NCBI GenBank assembly: GCA_051294905.1
Contig: CM119372.1
Location: 34,970,001-35,034,000, forward strand
Length of the DNA stretch: 64,000 nt
Source: Botryllus schlosseri
Lineage: Eukaryota
Direction of reading: 5' to 3'
A program made the translations under genes and the position numbers. The notes below the pieces were generated by a model. The model ran no database searches, had not been told where the DNA came from, and was given only the letters and a program-made list of their open reading frames with translations. This document shows positions 12,529 through 24,042 of this stretch, in pieces. Every line of letters starts with the position of its first letter. The stretch's first letter is position 1.

Positions 12529-13682
12529 GTGCTACCAGGAAAACTCACAAGCATACAACCCGAATTGCTAGCACGATGGTGAGCATGAATTCATCCATTT
12601 TCGAAGATCGTTACCGTTACCCAAGTATCAACCTGGTTACAAAATTGTTACTTCAGACATATTGATGCTGGAAAATAAATTCAAAGCACGAATCCGAACA
12701 AGTACATGATCCACGTATAGAAACGTGTATTATTCGCCATATTTCTAAAACATTATGTCGGTGTACAACATCACATTGTTATTGCTTGCTGGTGACCGAT
12801 AATTCTGATGCGATGCTCCCTAGAACAACTAATAGACTATGTGGTTACACAAATGTACTGAAATCGATTTGGTGTATATTTTTTGGGACTGTTCCTTGGA
12901 TAATTAATCTGAAACTGACAGCAATCAATGCCAAAATACCGAATTGTCGGTTGTGTATGGTTACAAGAATATGATCGCCAAATGAAAATCGTATTTTGAA
13001 ATATGCTTATGGAAATGCAATATGTGACTCTACAGAAGGTTAGCACAATCGTGGGACTTGTTCACCGCTGTCGCTTCACACCGACTATGGTTGCCGTTAG
13101 TGCACTATCAGAAGTGAGAAAGATTTGCACGTCTCATACACAGTATTGATTTGCATCATCGCGAGGGCGCGAACACTGAACATATCATACATATGATGAA
13201 ACAAGATCGTTATCCAAATGCGAATGTGTATATTACACGTTCGGTCTCGAGCAACGCAAAAGAGGTGGACATTTTCGGAAATGTCGTTGCATGACTCGTT
13301 TTTTGAAACCCCACCGAATATCGCACGTAAATCGAATCGAAACGTTTCAACTCTTTATGCATTATGTCAATTCTGTTTAATTTTATTATGGGGCTGCTGG
13401 GTAAGCAATACACACTAAAATCACAAACAGATCTCGATGATATTTATTTTATAATATTATCAATAATATAATAATTATTAGCTATATGTACAACAAAATC
13501 AGAATATTGGTAGTAACTAGTAAATACTCTTGTTGAGTTGTGTGTTCGATGAAAATGATAGATTGCACATATGCTTCGAGGTTGGTGGAGAAAATCTAAT
13601 AGTCAATATCGTGATAGCTTGTGATAGAACACAGAAAATAGACGCGTGGTTTCAATTAGGTTGTGACTGTGACGCTTTAATG

Positions 13683-14918
13683 CAGAGGTCTCAAACTCAA
13701 ATGTGCTCGAGGGCCAATTTCCTAGTTTTGATAACGCCGCGGGCCGCAGCATCAATAATAGGGATATTCAATGTATAATTTCCAAGTAGGCCTTATTTGA
13801 CGGGAGCTTGCAGACGGGCATTCCACTAACATCGTGAAAATGTAATTTACTATTGTATTACTCAGGCTTTACACGGAAAAAAATCACATTTTCAAATATT
13901 TTAGTAAAATTATTTTTATGCCGGGCATAATTTGTTAATATAATGAGTTATATAGACATCAGGCGAGAGGGTGCATCATGACATCGTCAAACTGTCGGTT
14001 TATAATATTGCAGCTAGTGGACCTTTGACGTGCCACAATTTTATGTAGAATATTTTGAAATCTACTGAAGATTGATCTGATATCAGAGCAGTTGAGCGGT
14101 GTAGGCTAATCCTGGTTTTTATATAGTTGTGATAAGTAGGCTACTGTTACTGTCAATGCCTAAGTCAAATTAAATCAGCGTTAGATCTTGCCTCCTCGTG
14201 CTTCCAATAAGATTTCTCGTAGGTAGCCCCTCTTCATTTAAAACACAATTTCTGATGGTACCTATATTAAAAGCAGAAGGCCCATTCCCATAAAATCTAG
14301 CATAGCGCGAATACCATATTCCAGTTGAATAAATTGGCCCCTGTAATATAAATGTTCAATCGCCGATGAATTGATTGGTGTTACAGTTGTGGAGCGTAAT
14401 ATACTACCTATACTGCTAGCCAGATACCCTACGCAACGCAGGCTACGACCTTTTGATATTACACAGGGGTGGGCAACATACGGCCCGCGGGTAGGGTACG
14501 GATACGGATACGGATACGGATACGGTAGTGAGCAAGATGCCACACAAAAGATACGCATGTTTGATGGATGGTGTACAATCGAATGATAAATTTTTATGAC
14601 CCCGTAAAATTCGAAAGCGACAATATTTGATTATTTTTGCGCTATTGAATTCATTTCATTAATTTTCGTCGAATAATTATGCAGTATTATCAATTCGTTT
14701 CATTAATTATCGTCGAATAATCATGCAGTATATCATGCATATGTATCGAATTCATGTGCGGAACACTTCTTATCTATGGATTTGTACCTTGGTCATCATG
14801 ATTACTTGGCAACGGCAAATTTTTCCAGCAATTTACTAATCTAGTGTTTTTTCGCCAATCTAGTGTTTTTTCACGACATAATCTTGTGTTTTTCCTGGAA
14901 ACTAGAGTGGCAACACTG
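13683..14918. mobile_element. Mosaic of hAT fragments replacing ~2 kb of the right arm of element A
   Basis: Begins CAGAGGTCTCAAACT, has an internal CAGGGGTGGGCAAC end (~14464) and a (GGATAC)n run, and ends GTGGCAACACTG. Left-arm 1381-3368 has no counterpart here. Confidence 0.7.
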
Positions 14919-15562
14919 GCGGTATGTCAATTCGCATAGTGTGATATCTTAAAATCCGGAAATGCACGTAAGTGTTTCAATTCTCACCACACACTCTAAC
15001 AATAAAATATTGAACCGATTGTTAAATGTATCAATAACGACTCGCCAACGAAAATTATTAAAATATGTTTTGTGTTGGTCTGTAAATTCAACATTAACGA
15101 TATTGTTGCTTTACATTTGACCATGGCTATTACAACTGACCGATTTGTAAAATCTTAGCTGGTAAGCACATTATAGCATTCTATAATACAGACAGTGGTG
15201 AGTAATAGAAGAATTCCTAATCAAGAATATTTCATTACGAAATTCGAACACATACGTAATTTTCCATTGACAACTCTAGCGAGTTTAATACGCTGCGGTG
15301 TACTTGGAAACATCGATTCACGATTGTGTTAGGTAGATTCACAAATGGAGATGGTAATAACACACTGTTTTCAAAAATTTTGCTGTGCAACTTTCTCGTA
15401 ACTTCGTTACAACGCATTCGTGATGAATTGTCGAATGTGATTCAAGACCACAAGTCGAAGATGAATGATTTGCTTTATTCAGATTAGAAATACTTTGCCT
15501 CGGTCTCGCAGAAATGTAATTTTGTATGAATGACATAGACAACAACAAATCTATTTCTACAA

Positions 15563-15810
15563 TTTGAAATGATACTTTAAACAAAAGAGTCTGATGACTT
15601 GTATTTTAATATTGACAAATGCGTTGATTTGCATGTTCAGTTTACAAAATGATACTTTAAACAAAAGGGCCTGACGACTTGTATTTTGATATTGACAAAT
15701 ATATTGATTAGCATGACCAGTTTACAAAATGATACTTTAAACAAAAGGGTCTGACGACTTGTATTTTAATATTGACAAATGCATTGATTAGTATGACCAG
15801 TTTACAAAAT
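15563..15810 (-). repeat. ~80-bp tandem repeat, mirror of 1-212
   Basis: Three units of AAATGATACTTTAAACAAAAG...ATTGACAAAT. Confidence 0.9.
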
Positions 15811-17410
15811 CACGATAAGGTTTTTATTGTATGTGTGTTATCATCAAACAAATGTGTGATTTGATTCAAATCTTACGATTAGACGTTATTTTTCGCGGTT
15901 GGAATAAAACGAAAGTTCGTTGAAATAGCATACTTACGAGTTCAATATTATTCTCTATCGACGAATGCGAATAATCCAACAGTTACAAGCAGAATTTAAA
16001 AATTGATGCTGTTTTGTGGTTAACTCAAGTCAGGTTTGCGTTGATTTCAAGAATGATCATGACGAGTTAGCCGAATAAATTAGGTAATGTGGTAATAACT
16101 ATACCCGTAAGAGTTGCTGACATTCCGATATTTTTTACACTGTGATATACCTATTCACTTGCGATAAATTAATTCTCTTCTGCGATTGACCGGGTAATCA
16201 AATCTTGTGTACTCGAAACATAATATGTTTATGTCAAGTCGTAAAATAAAAAAGACCGGTCATATGAATACAACCAGGATGAATTATTCAAGTTTACAAG
16301 TTGTAGTGATATAATCGAGTAAGTCAAAATCGGATTTGTGACTTGTAAATGTTGTTTGTGAATAAGTCCTTTGAGTGTGGTAAGATATTAAAACGTCGGG
16401 ATGTACTAGCACTTTCATTTCCCTAAACTCAGTTGCAACAAAAAATAATTATAGACCAATGATAAAGTTGTAAGTTTCGACGTTCTGTTTCAAATCATTG
16501 TGTGAATAATCCGACAAACACGCCATATAAACATTCTTAATATTATTGATATAAGACATTACCATGTTTACAGACTTTGAATACTATTATCCTGATGTCA
16601 AGGCGGTAAATTAACATATTTGGATACAATTCAGCTTCACTTGTGTAGTGAGTTTGGTCGCGAAAAACATTAACTCACAAAGGATTAGAGTTGAAACATA
16701 AAGCACCATGTTGTTGGTGTTCGAATCTTGATGTCAAGGTGACAAATTTACGCGTTCCGATACGATTCAACTTCGGTTGTGCAGTGAGTGAGAGATCGCT
16801 ATGTCTGAAGCATTATCCTGTGAGCGACCGTAGGATTTTACAATTATTTCACACCTTTTTTGAATAAGCGTAAACTTCGCAAAGGATTAGGGTTAGAGCA
16901 GAAATAAGTGATATTTTCCTGTCGCTGCTGAATACTGAAAACTGAATACTGCTGAATGTAATAGCACTGACCGGACTAGTGTAATACTCGATACCATATT
17001 ACGATAAGTTCAGTATACTGTAGCGACACAAAACATCCAACCAGCTGTTTTCACGGGAAACAATTCAGGATGTGAGCGGACAGGATACCAGAGTCATTTG
17101 TCGCACGGAATATAGGTCGAGCGCGATCAAACATCTGTTTCAAAATCCGCTTGCGATGAAATGCACAACGCGCCGCGTTTCTGAATTTCCTGTGTTGGCT
17201 TATTTATTATATTTTGCGGAACGATATAGGACGCTTTTAGGGTATCCCACAGGTCAAAATGCAGCTTTTCTGATTTCCGATAGGCCGATTCTAGACCACC
17301 AGGCAGCTCAAAATGCAGCGTTTGTGACTTCCGAAATGCAGCTTTTCTGATTTCCGGTGTATTTGTTTATTTATTATATTAGCATATCACCACATGGTAC
17401 TTACGCTACT

Positions 17411-19134
17411 CTAGTCAACTCCGACCAGACAGGAACACCGAAGAGGAGATATTTCTCAACATGGCGCCTGTGCAACACCGAACTGTGGCTCACAAAACAC
17501 CTCTGCTGCGAAAGAAAAAAAGAAGAGACACAGATGGAGTAAAGAAGAGTATAAATAAATAATGAGATGTTACTTCTTAGCCAAACTTGAAAACTCGGCA
17601 GGAGTAACCGTAGTAACTTCTCAAAAATGGAAAGAGAGAACAAACAGCTCTCCAACCATGACTGCCAACACCCTGGCAAATATGAAACACTGTGTAATCA
17701 AAAACTTATCAGAAGAAGAACTCGCAGAAATTGAGATCGAAATTTGTAACGAAAACATAGTAAATTCTGAGGCACTAGAAAATCAATTCAGCCAAGATGA
17801 ACTGAATCCGCAACCGCTACTTGACATATAAGTAGAATTACAAAACGCCATGCGTGGCGAGATAGCGCAGTGGTATAATCCGCGGCAGCAACACCAATGG
17901 GTGCGGGTTCGAGTCCGACCGAGGTCGTCTTCAGAATCCCGATACCTTAGTGCTGGAGGTTTACCTAGGCTCCTCTTCGCCCCTTATCCGCGCAAGCGGT
18001 GTCTTACGAAAAGCCTAGAGGTGGGCTGTGCTTAAAGTCGGCAGTTACGGTACAGAATGAAGAATATCGGCCTGGTGTAAATTACCGTAGTAGTCGGCAA
18101 ACACCTTAAACACCACAAAACAGAAAAAAAAACATCGGACATCCGAATGAACCAACAACACTTAACGATAATGATATGGACACGGAATTAGAATTAGAAT
18201 TGGAGACCAAAAATCAAATCATCGACCGAATGAACTTCACATTGGATATAAATGACAGAGTGAATTTTCCTGACCTACAAATTACAAAGAAACTGAAAAC
18301 TGATATTGTAGCAGCGAACAAAATTTTGACAGAAACCATACTTGCTGCAATTCTAAATGAAAAACAAGGAGAAAGGCCACACTGTCTCTTGACAACAATC
18401 AACAACCTCATATACAGCACTGCAGCAGTTATCTAAGAAAGGCATTGCAAAATACCAAGTCCTGTCAACAAAAAAGGGAAGCCATACGACAGCTTGGCAA
18501 CGTAGAATTGAAAACAAGATCGAAAAACTAAGGTGTGATGTTGCGATACTCTAAGAAAATGTTTCCGGCAAATTAAAAAATAAAGTTAAACGAATAGATC
18601 TGGAGCACCAAACCAAACTGCAGTCAACATAATATGGGACAATGTTGTAAGAAGAATTAAAAATGAGAATATTAGCCGAAGCAACGATTGAAATGATATA
18701 AAAAACGAGAAACACAATACCGCCAAAACTTGTTATTTGCTCGCAATCCTGGCCAATTTTTCAGAATGATGAAACAGAAGTCAAACCACAAAATTATCAA
18801 CAGCACAATGCCAGCCACTGCAGATGTGGAATCATGGGAAAATATGGGAAACCAAAATATTGCACAACTCAAATGCAAATTGCATAAAAGACCTCCACAC
18901 TGACCACCTACAAACACCAGAACAACACTGGTCAAAAATCACAAAACAAGAAATCAAAGAGGCCCTAAAAAGTTCACTGAACTGGGAAGCAGCTGGTCCT
19001 GACCAGATCAAAAACTTTTGGCTAGAAAAACTAACTGCAACACATAAATACCTAGCGGCAACCTACAATGAGCTATTGTCCTCTACCAACTCGCACGAAA
19101 TCCCAGTCTGGTTCACATAAGGGATCACCTATCT
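17411..19134 (+). pseudogene. Decayed non-LTR retrotransposon (R4/Dong/NeSL-like), N-terminal region and start of RT
   Basis: Fragments RRHRWSKEEYK*IMRCYF, INNLIYSTAAV, AWQRRIENKI and ITKQEIKEALK..NWEAAGPDQIKNFWLEKL..IPVWFT*GITYL; many stops; cut at 19135 by a hAT end. Confidence 0.75.
17856..18110 (+). mobile_element. tRNA-derived SINE
   Basis: Pol III A box TAGCGCAGTGG (17863-17873) and B box GGTTCGAGTCC (17906-17916), followed by a non-tRNA body and A-rich tail; GC-rich island interrupting the LINE. 3' end approximate. Confidence 0.7.
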
Positions 19135-19260
19135 CAGGGGTGGGCAAACTACGGCCCGCGGGCCGCGTGCGGCCCGTAACACCGTTCTGTGCGGCCCGCG
19201 AGAATCTAGAGAAACTTATTAAAAATATTGATAAAATGTTTGTAAGGTAGGACTAGAATC
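19135..19260. mobile_element. hAT-Charlie-like terminal fragment
   Basis: CAGGGGTGGGCAAACTACGGCCCGCGGGCC; partner end not found. Confidence 0.6.
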
Positions 19261-19313
19261 TGTTTAAAATGAGGGAAATTACTGTCATATGAAGGCGAGG
19301 CATTCAATTACAG

Positions 19314-19707
19314 CAGTGATTCCCAACCTGTGGTACGCGTACCTCTATTGCTACGCGAATGTCTTCCAGGTGGTACGCGAGTAGATTCTGTATTTAACTG
19401 AGAAAACGCAACGACGCAACTCGGTAACTGTTGAGAGTGTTAATAATATAACAAGCATTAAATATATGTGTGCGATAATGGTTATTATGAGGAGTCAGAT
19501 ACCATAGTTCAGTTTCAACACCCCTAACCACTACAACATTTACATATCCTTGTACTTTTGTTACCAATTTTGTGGCGTGATTATGACGTCATAAATGTTG
19601 GAAACATTTTTGGACCGCCTTCGGCACGCGTAGCTTATGTAAGTGGTACGCGAGCACTGCATAAAACTCGAAATGGTTCGTGGGTGGAAAAAGGTTGGGA
19701 ACCACTG
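19314..19707. mobile_element. hAT-Charlie-like MITE
   Basis: TIRs CAGTGATTCCCAACC / GGTTGGGAACCACTG; TSD AATTACAG (19306-19313, 19708-19715); GGTACGCG motifs. Confidence 0.92.
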
Positions 19708-19804
19708 AATTACAGCATCCAAACAGAGTTCAGAAAAACGTGAGTTGAACTGGATATAAGTCTTTTACTACTTAAATATACCGCCAAATATTCCCAAACT
19801 CGTG

Positions 19805-20820
19805 TTTCAGCGAAATTATTCCACCGGTATCCTACGAAACGGGCCGAACTTTCCCGATACGTCAGCGTACAATGGAATCAAGTATCGTAGTTCTCAATAC
19901 AGGAGCCATATCGATGCAAGAGTCACGAGTCCGAAGAAAATGACTACATTGATGTAATTAATCCACACGAGTATTTTAAACCCCCACTGACATCATCGTA
20001 TCACGCTCGATCGATCACGGCTGATTTATGGCCAACACTTGCCAGCTCAATTATTCCGCGAGTAGCATGTGAAATTTAAAAAAATCCGGTTCCGGATAAG
20101 CGTAAATCCAAATGTAATCCAGTAAAAATCATCCAATGCGCTGAACTCCCATCCAAATTCACGCAGTATGCGAGCCCCGATTCGTCGGCGTACAATGGAA
20201 TCGAGTATCGTAGTTCTCGATACAGGAACCACATCGGTGCGAGAGTCACGAGTCACAAGAAAAATGACTACATTGATGTAATTAATACAAACGAGTATTT
20301 CAAACTCTGACTGACATCATCGCATCATGCTTGATCGACCACGGCTGATTCATGGACAATGGACATCATTTACCAGCGAAATTATTTGACGAGTAGCATG
20401 TAAAATCCACAAATCCGGGTCCGGATAAAAGTAAATCCTGAAGTAATCCAGTAAAGATCCTCCAATGCGTTGCTTTTCCATCCGAAATCACGCTCGTTTG
20501 TACCGTATACGAGGCTCACTCGATACAGGAACCACATCGATGGAAGAGTCACGAGTCAGAAGAAAATGACTATACTTTGATGAAATTACTCCAAACGCGT
20601 ATTTTAAACTCCGACTGATATCATTGCAACACGGTTGATCGAACACGGCTGATTCATGGGCATCACCTGCCAGCGAAATTATTTCGCGAGTAGCATGTAA
20701 AATCCAAAAATCCGGGTCCGGATAAACGTAAATCCGAAAGTAATCCAGTAAAGATCCTCCAATGCGTTGCTTTTCCATCCAAATTCACGCTCGTTTGTAC
20801 CGTATACGAGGCTCGCTGCT
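19805..20820. repeat. ~300-bp tandem repeat, about 3.5 units
   Basis: AATTATT..CGAGTAGCATG recurs at ~20049, ~20380 and ~20677 (partial at ~19814); GATACAGGAACCACATCG and GAGTCACGAGTC recur in each unit. Confidence 0.85.
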
Positions 20821-21029
20821 AGCACACACGCCATCCACTGTCCTAAGCTGCGGCAAGTAGCTTTGAACGTCGTCAACAACCGCTTGAAAATGGCGGCTAG
20901 CAAGTAGCAACAGCAATGGATTTATCTCAGCTTCTTTGTGATAATTAAAGCAGTTTTCAATCGAACCCCATATGGTTATTCGAAACTGTCTGCTTACAAT
21001 CATATCAATGTGATATACCATGAACTCAA

Positions 21030-22200
21030 TGACACAAACGAGTTTGATATTATAACGCGTGCACTACACAGATAGCTTGCAGTCACACTCGATTGAACAG
21101 GAAATCCTTGATCGAGAGATCCAAGAGAAATCATACGCCAGTTGAGTTTTAAAATATAAGCCGGAACAAGATGGTTTCATAATATCAAAGTTTTATATCC
21201 GCTCGTCTCTGCACCTGACTGACAGTGGGTTACGGTAGTAATTTTGGATGTAACCCTTAAAAATAGCCAACCGTCCCCCACCCCCATCGAAGAACGGCAA
21301 TTCAACCAAACGGGACTTTACATCGATTCGTGTGACCTTGACCATACGCTTGAAACAAAGCATAAGTTGTCATCATATACCCATCAGTCAATCAACCCGC
21401 CATTACACGCTGACACGCTGAGTCACGCCAGGCGAACTTTTCCGTTTCGTCAGGTTACACACCATAGAGATCCAGAAAGATGGGATGTCCTACGCGGAAA
21501 ATTACAGCAAAGAATACACTAACCTTGAGAATATTTGCCTGAAAATAAATTCGACTGAGTTTAATTCAAGGCAGACGAGTTTTGATTATACGCAGATAGC
21601 AGCCCTACTCAAGTGAACCGGAAAGCATTGATCGACATGATAGGACAGCCGAGTTTTAAATCGCCAGGCAGGAAAATTTCTAGCTTAGGAATCCACTCAT
21701 CGCCCGATAGGGAGTTACGTAATTTTGCAAGCAGCCTTGAAAATGATACCAGTGGAGCGTTCACTTCACAGATGTGATGATCAATGGGCAAATTTTCCCT
21801 CACCCCATCACATTCAAGAGAAATTGGATCAACCAACCCACGATTACATGCCGAGTCACAGCGGGAGAACTTTTTTGTTTCGTCGTAGTACACATCATAG
21901 AGATCCAGAAAGATTCGATGATCATACGTGGAAAATTACAGCAAAGAATACAATAACCTTGGGAATATTCGCCTGATAATAATGCTCTATTCATCGCAAG
22001 CCAGTTTTGATTACTTTATTCACCGCAAACCAGTTTTGATTACACGCAAATAGCAACCATACTCAATTGAACCAGAAATCGCGGTACGATAGGTCAGCCG
22101 AGTTTTGAAATCAACAGACAGGACAATTCAACAATCGACTCGTGGTCCAATAGCGAGTCACGCAATTTTACAGCCTCGAAAATGACGCCAGAAATACAAT
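21030..22200. repeat. Diverged ~450-550-bp tandem repeat, about 2.5 units
   Basis: AGTTT(T)GAT..ACGC..ATAGC at ~21040, ~21578 and ~22032; CATAGAGATCCAGAAAGAT..AAATTACAGCAAAGAATAC at ~21463 and ~21896. Confidence 0.7.
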
Positions 22201-22399
22201 TACACCAAACCAAACTCATTTGAATCGGAAATCAGCCCAGTCAGCCACATAATTTATCGATCAGATCGCTTGCAGCAATCGATCACGGGGGGAAGCACCC
22301 TCGACATTTCTGCAATACGCGTAAGCCCGTTATCCTTTGTTTCTTTATTATATTAGATAAATTAGTTTCTTTATTAAAAAAGCTTAAATGCGCTCATAT

Positions 22400-22723
22400 C
22401 GCTCTAATATATACTACTCGAGATTCGGCCAAAAATGAAAAAATCCGGCCCAACACGGTACGGTGGTTCCGTGAATTTATAAATATGGCTCGCTTATTTT
22501 CGCACTGGCTTGGCGGTTACTTGCGTGTGGTTGGTTGGTTATTACTAAGTTACAAACGTCATGCTTATCCATAAAGATTCTGGCCTTATCTAAAAAGTAC
22601 TGGTGCGGCTCGGATCCGGCTTCGGCCGTATCAGAAAAAGTAATGATCCGGCTCCGATCTGGTCCGGCCAAAATTGAAAAAATCCGGCCGGATATCCGGC
22701 TCTGGTCCATGCTCCGCACTACT
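22400..22723. mobile_element. hAT-type MITE fragment with CCGGA repeats
   Basis: Dense ATCCGG/CCGGAT motifs ending in ...GCTCCGCACTACTA; other end not identified. Confidence 0.45.
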
Positions 22724-23895
22724 AGACATAGACTGACATGGTGTTGTGCTTCACGTACCGCAATATCCTAACTGATTTGCGGCAACTGTAGGTACGGTAG
22801 AGCTATTGATTCCGGTTTGCTACTCGAAATGCTGAAATTGTCAAATAAAAGCGACAAAAAAGTTGTCAGAATGGAGAAACACGGTGTGTCACCAGCTGCG
22901 TACGCACAGCTTCAGTGTTGCCAGCCGATAACTACTGCTGTTCACATTCTTTCTCCATTCTTTGCAAGCTACTTGGCTGAAGCAAGACTGCGTGGGCATT
23001 GGTTCTTATATCAAGAAGCGTAGAATGAAGCAACACGGTATGTCACCAGCAGTGAACGCACAACTTTAGTGTTGCCAGCCAACAATTGCTGCAGTTGAAC
23101 GTTCTTCTTCATTCTGGGAAAGCTAATTAGTAAGGACAAACACTTTCTGGGAGAAGGCTGGAAAGCTAATTTCGTTGTACTGCAACAAATTTCATAATTT
23201 GTATCACAATGCATGATGTAGGCTAACTGCTGGAATTCTCGATACGTCCGAATTTCGTTCAAATGAAGTTTTGTCCTGTAAAAATTTGTCAGTTTTTAGA
23301 AAGTTTTTTCAGGCCGAACCACTTCGTAAGGAGTGACAGTTCCAACCAGAAATGAAGATAAGTAGTAGGCTACAACTCTAATATTATGTGCGAAAACGCC
23401 TGATTTACATACATGAGGTTTTTAAGTAAAAAAAATCGGTCTAATTATGAGGTATTACAAATTTGTGGACATGCGACTGTTGACACGTCACATTGCGCGA
23501 ATGTAGATGGAATTTATAGCTCAGTGCTCATGACTGATAGTCTTGATCATTATAGAATGCAACCGATATGTGTATTTTCATTGTTGTCATATACGCTTGC
23601 TAATAAGTACAACGTTACCAATACTATGGCAGAAGGAGGTCAAGATCACATCTGTAGTGTCGCTGCAACATTATCACCCGGTGCATGCAATAAGTAGGCT
23701 AATGTATGTGGTATTTGAGCGCAAACTACTTAAATTCATGATGATATTATCCATATAAAGCAGATATAAAATTATATTTAAATACAGCACATTTCGCTCC
23801 TTGTGTAAATATGATACCGAAAGATATCGAACAATTAATAGAATCCATAGTATCTTAAGAACTGGCCCCCGGTAACATCATCAAGCGTTTCTCAG

Positions 23896-24042
23896 GATCC
23901 ACAACTTTGGTTGAAGGTGGACATGTCAAACAGGAGTTTGCAAAGAGCTATGTTGGCGGCCTGGCTGGAGAACATTATCACTGGGGAAAGGTCGTTTACA
24001 ACATTACCAATATTGCAAGCGAAGCGAGTCCGGCAAAACAAG
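23896..24042 (+). CDS. Candidate upstream exon of the NLR gene (147 bp, phase 1-1)
   Basis: Acceptor TTTCTCAG and strong donor AAG|GTGAGT; open frame (G)STTLVEGGHVKQEFAKSYVGGLAGEHYHWGKVVYNITNIASEASPAKQ; phase matches the NACHT exon; lies in a non-TE island. Confidence 0.5.

Larger units (their letters stand above)
1..17410. mobile_element. Giant palindromic (foldback) element A; left end lies outside the window
   Basis: 1-5169 is the reverse complement of 5544-15778 once insertions are removed: 4856-5169 pairs with 5544-5860, 3369-4860 with 11641-13682, and 1-1380 with 14919-15778. Spacer is 5170-5543. 7 mismatches in one 120-bp sample (4981-5100). The right end at 17410 (...GCTACT) is inferred by analogy to element B. 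Confidence 0.85.

Noticed and set aside
14371..14586. GYGYGY / PYPYPY ORFs
   Set aside because: They are translations of a (GGATAC)n microsatellite within TE fragments.
1..15778. Giant inverted repeat as a fold-back read or assembly artefact
   Set aside because: The arms differ by scattered substitutions (7 in one 120-bp sample) and carry independent insertions with TSDs, which an artefactual mirror would not.
17856..17930. tRNA gene
   Set aside because: A and B boxes are present but there is no convincing acceptor stem, and the sequence continues into a body and tail, as in a SINE.
19805..20820. CRISPR-like array
   Set aside because: Whole units are repeated with no unique spacers, and the context is eukaryotic; the same applies to 1-212 and 52400-52900.
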